DNA from: Gemmatimonadaceae bacterium
Lineage (GTDB): Bacteria; Gemmatimonadota; Gemmatimonadetes; Gemmatimonadales; Gemmatimonadaceae
Direction of reading: 5' to 3'
Length of the DNA stretch: 64,000 nt
NCBI GenBank assembly: GCA_051859245.1
Contig: JBHYGA010000001.1
Coordinates: forward strand, 1,085,622-1,149,621
In this document: one piece after another, positions 10,541 to 20,707 of the stretch
Layout: every line of letters begins with the position of its first letter
How positions within the stretch are numbered: position 1 is the stretch's first letter
Translations under genes and position numbers: made by a program
The notes under the pieces: model-generated
Told to the model about the DNA's origin: nothing
Databases searched by the model: none
Seen by the model: only the letters and a program-made list of their open reading frames with translations

Positions 10541-11298
10541 ATGAAGTACTTGAGCAGGCGAGCAGGCGAGCAGGCGAGCAGGCGAGACGGCGCACCGGTA
10601 AGGTTTCCGAGTCTGCGCTCAATCTGGTTCTGACGATCGCCGTGGTGGCCGCCGCGTCAACGTACGTGTGGAAAGAAGTCGTAGGACCCTGGGTCTTTCC
10701 AGAGCCTTCACCTGTGGCAACCCAAGAGGGCGGTCCGCTAACGGCGACGCGCATTGACGACGCGTTGTGGACGCGCATTCTGACGACGGGACATGTGAAC
10801 GGGCGTAGCGACGCCCCAGTGCAAGTCGCTGTGTTCTCGGATTTCGAGTGTCCGTTCTGCAAGAATCTCCATCCGCAGATCAGGCAAATGCAGGCGCTCT
10901 TTGGTGACACCGTGGCTGTAATTCTTTTGCACTTCCCACTTCCGCAGCATCGCTTCGCTGAAGGCGCCGCAGTGGCAGCCGAGTGTTCAGCCTCAGAGCG
11001 CAGATTCGCGGAGATGGAAGACGCGCTGTTCGCGCGTTCCGATTCGTTCGGCTTGCGCTCATGGACAGCCTACGCCGTGGATGCCGGCGTTCGCGACACC
11101 ATTGCATTCGCCGGCTGCCTGAAATCTGAGGAAATGCGAGGTCGTGTTTCGCGAGGTCGCGCGCTCGGGGAAGAAATCGGTCTCCGCGGCACGCCCACAT
11201 TGTTGATCAATGGTGAGCAGTACTCCAGACCGCTCTCAAGCGGCGAGTTGGAAACCACGATTCGCGAACGCGCGGGAGGAGCCCAAACGAGGCAGTGA
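10541..11298 (+). CDS. Membrane-anchored DsbA/thioredoxin-fold oxidase; best start (ATG 10541) is out of frame because of an octamer repeat
   Basis: FSDFECPFC, HFPL..H, GTPT motifs and an N-terminal TM; the GGAG-6nt-ATG 10541 frame stops at 10633; in-frame GTG 10504 lies inside the predicted promoter. Confidence 0.75.
10552..10586. repeat. Simple sequence repeat (GAGCAGGC)x4 + GAG
   Basis: Direct reading of sequence. Confidence 0.95.
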
Positions 11299-11347
11299 CC
11301 TTAGTTCCCGTATAATCGACGTACCCCATCACGACGGAGTGTTGGAA

Positions 11348-11641
11348 ATGACCAAGCTTACTTTCCGGGTTCGTGCATTTATTGCGATTGCGATGATCAG
11401 CGCTATTTGGTCGTCCGAGCCCACGGAAGCAGCTGCTGCTCAGTCTGCCTCGTCATGCTATGTCTGTCTAGGCATCGGCGGTTCGTGTCCTGCTCCGCAA
11501 GATTTGGGTGACTACACTGCAGCATGTTTGTCACGGTGTGGCTCTTTCTCATACCCTGGAGGATGTGGATCGCACCCCAATGGCTACACGCCGGAGTGTG
11601 GCAACGACGAAGTTGTGTGGTGTTACGACCCTGCACGATGA
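11348..11641 (+). CDS. Secreted Cys-rich small protein (97 aa, 8 Cys)
   Basis: TATAAT at 11311 and GGAG upstream; Sec-like signal ending AAAAQ; mature SSCYVC..SCP..ACLSRC..GC..ECG..WCY. Confidence 0.7.
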   Translation: MTKLTFRVRAFIAIAMISAIWSSEPTEAAAAQSASSCYVCLGIGGSCPAPQDLGDYTAACLSRCGSFSYPGGCGSHPNGYTPECGNDEVVWCYDPAR

Positions 11642-12528
11642 GTTTACACGATTCATCCGAGGGTGTGCGGGTGTCGCCTCTTTACAAGGTTCTTTTGCGC
11701 AAATGCGCTGGAGCTATTTCTATCCCGCCACAACTGCGAAGGTTCGCGGTCGTGGCGGCCAGCGCGCTGCTCGCTTTAGGCTACGTGAACGAAGCGTCGG
11801 CGCAGAACGTCATTGTGCAGGTTACCGATTCAGTTGGCCAGCCTATTCCGTTCGCGCTGGTCGACGTGAACTCGGTGACGGGACGGGTCGCTGACACGGC
11901 AGGGTTCGTGCGCGTGGCGAATGTACGCGGCGAGACGCTCAAAGTGCGCGCGAGACGCATCGGATATGTGCCTGTTGAGACCACGCTACGTCGAACATCC
12001 GACAACGACGCGTTTCGCATCGTGCTCAAGCGCGTCGCGAGCGAAATTGAGAGTGTGTACGTGCGCGCGGAGCGGTCAACGACCGTTTCTCGCACAGGCT
12101 TCTACGACCGAATGGAACGGGTTCGAAACGGCGCCATCGTTGCAGAGTTCATCACGCCCGAGGAACTAGACCAGCGTAAACCCATGCAGATCTCGCACAT
12201 CCTGCAGGGCCGACGTTACGTTCAGGTACAACGGGAAGGAAGCCGGTCGAGGGCAGTTATGCTTGGGCGCGGCAGATGCAAAATGACAATTCTTCTCGAT
12301 GGTGTGCGAATGAACGGCGTCATTGGGCCCGGCGAAGGTCGCGACCCCGTGGGTCCACTCGGAATCAGCGCCCCCATGAACCTCTCCATCGACGAACTGG
12401 TGGAAGGCGGTTCGGTGGCTGCGGTTGAGATCTACCCCAGCACCGCCAACGCCCCCGCCGAGCTCATCCCCCTCACCGGCGGCGGTTCCTGCGGCATCAT
12501 CGCACTTTGGACCGGCGGACGGCGGTAG
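11638..12528 (+). CDS. Exported protein, carboxypeptidase-regulatory-like domain plus TonB-plug-like domain (copy 1); start uncertain
   Basis: VTDSVGQPIPFALV...RRIGY; GFYDRM..FITPEEL; AVEIY....P.E.....CGIIALWT. Confidence 0.7.
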   Translation: MSLHDSSEGVRVSPLYKVLLRKCAGAISIPPQLRRFAVVAASALLALGYVNEASAQNVIVQVTDSVGQPIPFALVDVNSVTGRVADTAGFVRVANVRGETLKVRARRIGYVPVETTLRRTSDNDAFRIVLKRVASEIESVYVRAERSTTVSRTGFYDRMERVRNGAIVAEFITPEELDQRKPMQISHILQGRRYVQVQREGSRSRAVMLGRGRCKMTILLDGVRMNGVIGPGEGRDPVGPLGISAPMNLSIDELVEGGSVAAVEIYPSTANAPAELIPLTGGGSCGIIALWTGGRR

Positions 12529-13380
12529 GTGCCGCACGATCAAGGTTGGCCTCGACCGCGTTTCATCGCGCCACAACTGCGAAGGCTCGCGGTCGTGACG
12601 GCCAGCGTGCTGTTTGCGTCGCTCTACGTGAGCGAAGCTGCGGCGCAGACTGTGGTTGTACAGGTTACCGATTCAGTTGGCCAACCTATTCCGTTCGCAC
12701 TCGTCGACGTGAACTCGGTGACGGGACGCGTGGCCGACACCGCAGGCTACGTGCGCGTTGCGAATGTTCGCGGGGAGTCACTGAAGGTGCGTGCGCGACG
12801 GATTGGGTACACGCCCGTCGAAACTACGCTACGTCGCACATCCGACAATGACGCGTTTCGCATCATGCTCAAGCGCGTCGCGAGCGAGATCGAGAGTGTG
12901 TATGTACGCGCGGAGCGGTCGACCACTGTTTCCCGCACGGGCTTCTATGACCGAATGGAACGCGTGCGGAACGGTGCGATCGTCGGCGAGTTCATTACAC
13001 CTGAGGAGCTTGACCAGCGAAAGCCCCTACAGATTTCGCATATCCTTCAGGGCCGCCGATACGTCCAAGTTCAACGGGAAGGCGGCCGTTCTCGCGCGGT
13101 CATACTCGGTCGCGCCCGGTGCACAATGACTATTCTGCTCGACGGCGTACGCATGAATGGTGTGCTCGGGCCGGGCGAGGAAACAGAGGCGGAACGCGCG
13201 CCGATGCAGTCGAGGAGGATCACGTCGATGAACCTTTCCATAGATGAACTCGTCGAAGGCAACGCCGTCGCTGCCGTCGAGATCTACCCAAGCACCGCCA
13301 ACGCCCCCGCCGAGCTGATCCCCCTCACCGGCGGCGGCTCCTGCGGGATCATCGCCCTCTGGACGGGCGGGCGGCGGTAA
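12529..13380 (+). CDS. Paralog of the preceding gene (copy 2)
   Basis: Near-identical protein except one internal loop; same C-terminus GGGSCGIIALWTGGRR. Confidence 0.75.
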   Translation: MPHDQGWPRPRFIAPQLRRLAVVTASVLFASLYVSEAAAQTVVVQVTDSVGQPIPFALVDVNSVTGRVADTAGYVRVANVRGESLKVRARRIGYTPVETTLRRTSDNDAFRIMLKRVASEIESVYVRAERSTTVSRTGFYDRMERVRNGAIVGEFITPEELDQRKPLQISHILQGRRYVQVQREGGRSRAVILGRARCTMTILLDGVRMNGVLGPGEETEAERAPMQSRRITSMNLSIDELVEGNAVAAVEIYPSTANAPAELIPLTGGGSCGIIALWTGGRR

Positions 13381-13474
13381 GGGGCTCGGCAGTAGCCTGG
13401 ACCAGCGGGGCGGGTGAGCCAGCAGCGCCCTCCCCGCTGGCAATCCCACCCCGCCTCGGCTATGTTCCAAGGCT

Positions 13475-14833
<1,359 letters not shown>

Positions 14834-14948
14834 CCGAACGCGTCGCGACTAACGCGACGATTACACAACCCGAGTGCGCATCGGAAACGCCGATGTCGCG
14901 AGGAGCTCGGTACCGCACTGTTCACACTCTGCAGCGAGGCAGTACCCA

Positions 14949-15278
14949 ATGGCCGTAAAGATTCGCCTCCGTCGTGAAGGACGGAAAAAGACCCCGATGT
15001 ATCGTATCGTTGTTGCCGATTCGCGCGCTCCGCGTGATGGCCGCTTCGTGGAAATCATCGGACAGTACCAGCCGCGCATCGCGGAGAATGCGATCAATCT
15101 CAAGATCGATCGCGTGAACTACTGGTTGAACGTTGGCGCGCAGCCCACCGATACGGTGCGTTCGCTTCTGCGTAAGGCCGGCGTGCTCAAGGCGCGTCAC
15201 GAAGCGCGTCTGGCGTCCAAGCTCGGCGCTGCTGCTGTGCCGCTCTCCGAGACGGCTTCGGCCGAGGCGGAAGGCTGA
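14949..15278 (+). CDS. rpsP: 30S ribosomal protein S16
   Basis: [35 protein letters not shown]. Confidence 0.98.
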   Translation: MAVKIRLRREGRKKTPMYRIVVADSRAPRDGRFVEIIGQYQPRIAENAINLKIDRVNYWLNVGAQPTDTVRSLLRKAGVLKARHEARLASKLGAAAVPLSETASAEAEG

Positions 15279-15796
15279 GCAACAGACTGCTTGTCGGTCG
15301 GGTGCGTCGCGCACATGGTGTGCGTGGCGCGCTGCTGATCGAACCGAAGTCCGACGTGCCGGGTGCGGTGTTCGCGCCCGGCCGTGTCGTTTATATCGGC
15401 ACGGCCGACGGCGCGCGCGTTGACGAGCAGCCGCGGGAAATCACCGAGGCGCGTGAAGCGAACGCGGGTTGGATTGTGTCGCTCGAGGGTGTGAGCGATC
15501 GCAATGTGGCCGAGTCGTGGAAAGCGCGCACGGTGTTTGCCGATGCAGACACGCTACCGCCGCCCGACGAAGACGAAGTGTACATGCACGAGCTTGTCGG
15601 GCTGACGGTGCATGCGTTTGACGGCTCTGTCGCCGGTCCAGTAGTCGACGTGTACGAAGCGCCGCAGGGACTACTGATTGAGGTCGAAACAGAGAACGGC
15701 AAGAAACTTGTGCCGTGGCGCGACGAACTCATTGAGCATGCCGATTGGGACGCGCGCAAGGTGACGCTGGTGAACTTGCCCGGCCTGCTCGACTGA
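15275..15796 (+). CDS. rimM: Ribosome maturation factor RimM; start possibly CTG 15275 rather than GTG 15302
   Basis: [33 protein letters not shown] barrel; synteny. Confidence 0.92.
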   Translation: MSNRLLVGRVRRAHGVRGALLIEPKSDVPGAVFAPGRVVYIGTADGARVDEQPREITEAREANAGWIVSLEGVSDRNVAESWKARTVFADADTLPPPDEDEVYMHELVGLTVHAFDGSVAGPVVDVYEAPQGLLIEVETENGKKLVPWRDELIEHADWDARKVTLVNLPGLLD

Positions 15797-15807
15797 TCGA
15801 GGCGCGC

Positions 15808-16587
15808 GTGCTCACGATCAACATTATCACGATCTTCCCGGGCTTTTTTGACGGACCTCTCGGATTGAGCATTCCGGCGCGCGCGGCCGCCGCTGGTGGT
15901 GTGACGTATCGCTGCATTGATCTGCGCGATTTCACGCACGACAAACACCGCAGTGTCGACGATTATCCGTTTGGTGGTGGACCGGGCATGGTGATGCGTC
16001 CAGGTCCGTTCTTCGAAGCGGTTGAGTCAGTTGGTGCGACGTCGCCAATCGTATTGATGTCAGCGCGCGGAAGAAAGTTTACGCACGCCGACGCCGTACG
16101 ATTCGCCGCAGGAACTGAGCTGACGCTGCTCTGCGGTCACTACAAGGATGTTGACCAGCGCGTGGCTGATCATCTCGCGACGGAAGAGCTCTCACTCGGT
16201 GATTTCGTATTGTCGGGTGGTGAACCGGCCGCGCTCGCAATCGTTGACGCCACCGTGCGGTTGTTGCCCGGCGCGATGAGCGATCTCGAAAGCGCGCGGA
16301 CCGATTCGTTCTATGATCGTGGTATCAGCGCTCCGAGTTATACGCGGCCGGCGGAGTATCGCGGGTTTACGGTGCCGGACGTGCTCATCGGCGGCGATCA
16401 CGCGAAGGTCGACGCGTGGCGCGACGAGCAGTCGCTTCAGCGTACGCGTGAGTCGGAGGCGCGTGATCGTGAGCTCACCGCCGCGCGCGAACGAGAGATC
16501 GCGGCGCGCGAGGCGGTGATTGCTGAACGTGAAGCGGCGGAAGCGGCGCGTCTCGCAAAGAAAGCGCGCAAAAAGAAACGTTCATAG
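15808..16587 (+). CDS. trmD: tRNA (guanine37-N1)-methyltransferase
   Basis: VDDYPFGGGPGMV, LCGHY, SLGDFVLSGGE; charged C-terminal tail. Confidence 0.97.
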   Translation: MLTINIITIFPGFFDGPLGLSIPARAAAAGGVTYRCIDLRDFTHDKHRSVDDYPFGGGPGMVMRPGPFFEAVESVGATSPIVLMSARGRKFTHADAVRFAAGTELTLLCGHYKDVDQRVADHLATEELSLGDFVLSGGEPAALAIVDATVRLLPGAMSDLESARTDSFYDRGISAPSYTRPAEYRGFTVPDVLIGGDHAKVDAWRDEQSLQRTRESEARDRELTAAREREIAAREAVIAEREAAEAARLAKKARKKKRS

Positions 16588-16630
16588 CGCGGGTCTGCAC
16601 TGCAGCGCGAGCGCTACCAAACGCGTTCCG

Positions 16631-17488
16631 CTAGCGAGCGCTGAACGTATCGCACGCATCCGGATCGCCGCTCTGCAATCCGCGACGGAACCACTCCATG
16701 CGCTGTGCCGACGTGCCGTGGGTGAACGCTTCCGGTGACACGCGCGTGCCGCTCATGCGCTGCAGCCGGTCATCACCAATGGCTGCGGCCGCGGCGAGTC
16801 CTTCGTCTACATCGCCTTCATCAAGCAAGTTGCGCTGCGCGGTGGAGTGCGCCCACACGCCCGCGTAACAGTCGGCTTGCAACTCCATGCGGACCGAGAG
16901 CTGATTGGCCTGCGCCGGTTGACGCGCCTGCAGTTCACGAACCTGCGACGAGGTACCCGTGACGGTTTGAATGTGATGTCCGATTTCATGCGCGAGCACA
17001 TACGCCTGCGCAAAATCCCCGGCCGCGCCAAATCGCGAGTGCAGCTCCTCGAAGAACTCGAGATCGATGTACACCTTCTGATCGCCCGGGCAGTAGAACG
17101 GTCCGGCCTGGGACTGTCCGGTACCGCACGCCGTGGGAGTCGCAGCGCGATACAGCACCAGCGTGCTTGGTGGGTACTGACTGCCGTCGGCCGCGAACAG
17201 TTTGGCCCAGGTGTCCTGCGTGTCATTCAGTACGAAGGTCACGAAGTCCACCAGGCTGTCTTCTGCGGGTGATGACACGACCGGTCCGCCGGGACCTTCC
17301 ATCGTCATGCCGGGCGCGCCGCCGCCGGGGGCTGCGAGACTGAGAAAGTCCTTCTTGAAGACGAAGCTCAGGATCGCGAGCAGCACGAGTCCGCCCAGTC
17401 CTACCCGCATGCCGCCCCCACCGCCGCCCCCGCTGGCGCCGCGACGATCTTCGAGGTTGCTACTGCGATTTCCCGGGGACCAGCGCAT
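16631..17488 (-). CDS. Neutral zinc metallopeptidase (YpfJ family)
   Basis: SSNLEDRRG, GPFYCPGD, AHEIGHH, ELQADC, FTHGTS. Confidence 0.92.
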   Translation of the reverse strand: MRWSPGNRSSNLEDRRGASGGGGGGGMRVGLGGLVLLAILSFVFKKDFLSLAAPGGGAPGMTMEGPGGPVVSSPAEDSLVDFVTFVLNDTQDTWAKLFAADGSQYPPSTLVLYRAATPTACGTGQSQAGPFYCPGDQKVYIDLEFFEELHSRFGAAGDFAQAYVLAHEIGHHIQTVTGTSSQVRELQARQPAQANQLSVRMELQADCYAGVWAHSTAQRNLLDEGDVDEGLAAAAAIGDDRLQRMSGTRVSPEAFTHGTSAQRMEWFRRGLQSGDPDACDTFSAR

Positions 17489-17703
17489 AGGGCAACTCCA
17501 ATCGGTGAGGACAGCGCGGGGAGGACGGATTCGGTCGATTCGACGCATGTCGCGTCGACTAGTGAGCAGACGCAGCGAGTCGCAGCGAGGTATACCAAGT
17601 TGCAGCAGACGCTTGGGACGAAGCTACCCGCGGCGCTGGCCGCTGCAACAGTGGGTACACCGCGGCACGTTCCTCAGTGTGTGATTTCGCCTACATTTGT
17701 CGC

Positions 17704-19140
17704 ATGACCGTCACCGCCAGTACCACGAAGTCCGAGCCCGCGCCCGCGAAGAAGTACGATCGATCGATCGTGGAGGGGCCGCTACTGCCCGCCGTCTGGC
17801 GACTGGCGTGGCCGACCATGCTGCAGAACATCATTGGTGGGCTGCAAGGCGTGATTGATCACGCCATGGTCGGGCACTTTGTGGGTTACACGGGCAATGC
17901 GGCCATTGGTGTGAGCCTGCAAATCTTTCTTGTCGTCGTCGTGTTCATCTCGTCGTTGTTCACGGGCATGAGCATTCTGGTGGCGCGCTTTGCCGGCAGT
18001 GGCGATACGGAGAAGGTGAATCGCACGGTGTATCAGGCGTTTCTCACGGCCGTCGCGCTTTCGGTGTTCGTGCTGGCGCCGCTTGGTTACGTGTTTGCGC
18101 CGTCACTGCTCAACATTGTGAATGCCGCACCCGATGTGCAGCGCGAAGCGTTGCCGTACTTGCGTATCATGTTCGGCTTCAGCTTTGGCATGTTGATCTT
18201 CTTCATGCTCGGCGGCGCGCTGCGTTCGGCGGGAGATGCGCGCACGCCGCTGCGTGTTGGCGTGTATGTCACGGCAATGAACATCACACTCAACGTGATC
18301 CTCATTCGTGGCTGGGGGCCGATTCCAGCGCTCGGGACCACCGGTGCAGCGATGGGCACGGTGATCGCGACGGGCACAGCGGCGTTTTACGCGCTCTATT
18401 CGCTCTGGCGCGGATCGTGGGTCGTACGCTTCCCGCGCGGTGGTCCGTGGAGGCCCGACTGGGATGTGATTCGCGCGCTATTTCGTTTTGGATTACCGGC
18501 CGGCGTGCAGGGTATCGCCATGAACATTGGCGGTGTGTTGCTGTTGGGCTTTATCGGATCACTCGCATTGAGTGCGCAGGCGCAGGCCGCGTACGCGGTC
18601 GCGTATACGGAACTGTTCAGCCTGATCACGTGGACGTCGGTCGGCCTCATGGGCGCCGTCGCCGCGGTGACGGGACAGAACATTGGCGCCGGAAAACCTG
18701 AACGTGCAGAAGAGGCGGCGCATGTCGCGGCGCGTTTTGCCTTTGGAGGCGCGTTGCTCATCGGCCTCATGTTCGTGCTCATGCCACGAGTGCTGCTCGG
18801 CGTCTTTGGCATGCGCGATCCCGTGGTCGTTGAGCTTGGTGTGCAGCTCTTGCGTTACCTGAGCGTATCGGGCGTGTTCATTGCCGTGGCGCTCACGTAC
18901 ACCGGCGCGCTGCAAGGGTCTGGTGATACGCGCAGTCCGCTGTACATCTCGATTGTATCGCAGGTGGTGCTGCCCATTGGCATCTGCTTTCTGGTGCAAC
19001 GTTTCGGGACGCTGCAACCCGCGCACATCTGGTCCGCGATTGTGGTCGGGCACGTCACGCGCTGCGTACTGAGTGCCGCGCGTTTTCGACAGGGGCGGTG
19101 GCGCAGCATCAACGTGAACATCGAGCAGCGAGCGCGTTAG
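17704..19140 (+). CDS. MATE family efflux transporter
   Basis: About 12 TM; LRSAGDARTP and LQGSGDTRSP internal repeats. Confidence 0.92.
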   Translation: MTVTASTTKSEPAPAKKYDRSIVEGPLLPAVWRLAWPTMLQNIIGGLQGVIDHAMVGHFVGYTGNAAIGVSLQIFLVVVVFISSLFTGMSILVARFAGSGDTEKVNRTVYQAFLTAVALSVFVLAPLGYVFAPSLLNIVNAAPDVQREALPYLRIMFGFSFGMLIFFMLGGALRSAGDARTPLRVGVYVTAMNITLNVILIRGWGPIPALGTTGAAMGTVIATGTAAFYALYSLWRGSWVVRFPRGGPWRPDWDVIRALFRFGLPAGVQGIAMNIGGVLLLGFIGSLALSAQAQAAYAVAYTELFSLITWTSVGLMGAVAAVTGQNIGAGKPERAEEAAHVAARFAFGGALLIGLMFVLMPRVLLGVFGMRDPVVVELGVQLLRYLSVSGVFIAVALTYTGALQGSGDTRSPLYISIVSQVVLPIGICFLVQRFGTLQPAHIWSAIVVGHVTRCVLSAARFRQGRWRSINVNIEQRAR

Positions 19141-19203
19141 GAACGACCGCGTCACGAATCGCGGCGTCAGGAACTCCCGCGAAACGCAGTCGTTGATACG
19201 TGC

Positions 19204-20703
19204 ATGACTGCACTCCGTCCTGCCATCGTCTGGCTGCGCAACGATCTGCGTTTGCATGACCACGAGCCGCTGCACCGCGCAATCGCCACGGGTGCACCTG
19301 TGTGTCTGGTGTATTGCGTTGACCCGCGGCAGTTCGCCACGCTGGAGATCGGAGCCCCCAAAACAGGCGCATTTCGCGCTCGTTTCCTGCTCGAAGCACT
19401 CGCTGATCTGCGACACTCGGTCCGTGCCTTGGGGGGCGATCTGGTGGTGCGCGTTGGAGAGCCTGAGCAGGTGCTCCCCGCGATCGCGCGCGAGGTGAAC
19501 GCCGGTGAATTGTACTATCAGGCGGACGTGGCGAGCGAAGAGCAGCGTGTGGAGCGTGCGGTTGTGCGCGCGCTCGATGCGCTGCAGGTCAAGACTCGCG
19601 ACTTCTGGGGACACACGCTGGTCCATCGCGACGATCTGCCGTTCAGCATACACGGCTTGCCCGATGTGTTCACGCAGTATCGCAAGCGCGTTGAGTCCGC
19701 ACTGAAGGTTCGCGCGGCGCTGCCGGCGCCCTCCACGCTACGATGCGTCAGCATTGAAGCCGGCGACATGCCTACGCTTGCATCACTCGGACTCAACGAG
19801 CCAGCACGCGATCCGCGCACCACGATGGAGTTCCGCGGCGGCGAACAGGCCGCACTCGCACGGCTGGCTGAATGGATGTGGGAAGCGGACCGTCTTCGCA
19901 CGTACAAAACAACGCGCAACTTCATGTTGCACGCCGACGACTCCAGCAAGCTCTCACCGTGGCTCGCGCTTGGCTGCCTGTCGCCCCGACGCGTGTACGA
20001 AGAGGTGTTGCGCTACGAGCGAGTGCGAGTGCGCAATGACGACACCGCGTGGCTCATCTTCGAGTTGCACTGGCGCGACTATTTCCGCTTCATCGCGGCC
20101 AAGTGGGGCGACAGACTCTTCCACGCGGGCGGCTTGAACGAGCTGCGCTTTCCCTGGCGCGGCCTCACATCGCAAAAGGCCCGTGATGAGTTCACCGCCT
20201 GGCAACACGGGATCACCGGCTTTCCGCTGGTCGATGCCGCCATGCGTGAGCTCGCCGCCACCGGCTTCACAAGCAATCGCACACGGCAGAACGTCGCCAG
20301 TTTCCTCACGCGTGTGCTTGGCCTTGACTGGCGACTGGGCGCCTCATGGTTTGAGTCGTGCCTGATCGACTACGATGTCGCGAGCAACTGGGCCAACTGG
20401 GCGTACGTGGCGGGTGTTGGAAACGACGCGCGCGGTTTCCGCTTTTTCAACGTGCACAAACAGGCCGTGGACTACGACCCCAACGGTGAATACGCACGGC
20501 ACTGGATGCCTGAGCTTGCGGCGCTACGCGGTGCGCGAGCCTACCGCCCCGATACGCTCACGCCGGATGAGCAGGCACGATTTGGCGTGGTACTCGGCAC
20601 GGATTATCCGCGGCCGATCGTGGACATGTTTCGATCGGCCGAACACAACGCGGAGAAATACAAAGTGGCTGTTGCCAAACTTCCCGCGCCGCGATTTTCC
20701 TGA
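19204..20703 (+). CDS. DASH-family cryptochrome/photolyase
   Basis: WLRNDLRLHD, SSKLSPWLALGCLSPR, FELHWRDYF, NRTRQNVAS, GVGNDAR. Confidence 0.9.
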   Translation: MTALRPAIVWLRNDLRLHDHEPLHRAIATGAPVCLVYCVDPRQFATLEIGAPKTGAFRARFLLEALADLRHSVRALGGDLVVRVGEPEQVLPAIAREVNAGELYYQADVASEEQRVERAVVRALDALQVKTRDFWGHTLVHRDDLPFSIHGLPDVFTQYRKRVESALKVRAALPAPSTLRCVSIEAGDMPTLASLGLNEPARDPRTTMEFRGGEQAALARLAEWMWEADRLRTYKTTRNFMLHADDSSKLSPWLALGCLSPRRVYEEVLRYERVRVRNDDTAWLIFELHWRDYFRFIAAKWGDRLFHAGGLNELRFPWRGLTSQKARDEFTAWQHGITGFPLVDAAMRELAATGFTSNRTRQNVASFLTRVLGLDWRLGASWFESCLIDYDVASNWANWAYVAGVGNDARGFRFFNVHKQAVDYDPNGEYARHWMPELAALRGARAYRPDTLTPDEQARFGVVLGTDYPRPIVDMFRSAEHNAEKYKVAVAKLPAPRFS

Positions 20704-20707
20704 GCGT

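Noticed and set aside
14834..14948. SRP RNA or S16 leader after ffh
   Set aside because: Short hairpins only; no CAGG..GGAA..AGCAG SRP core
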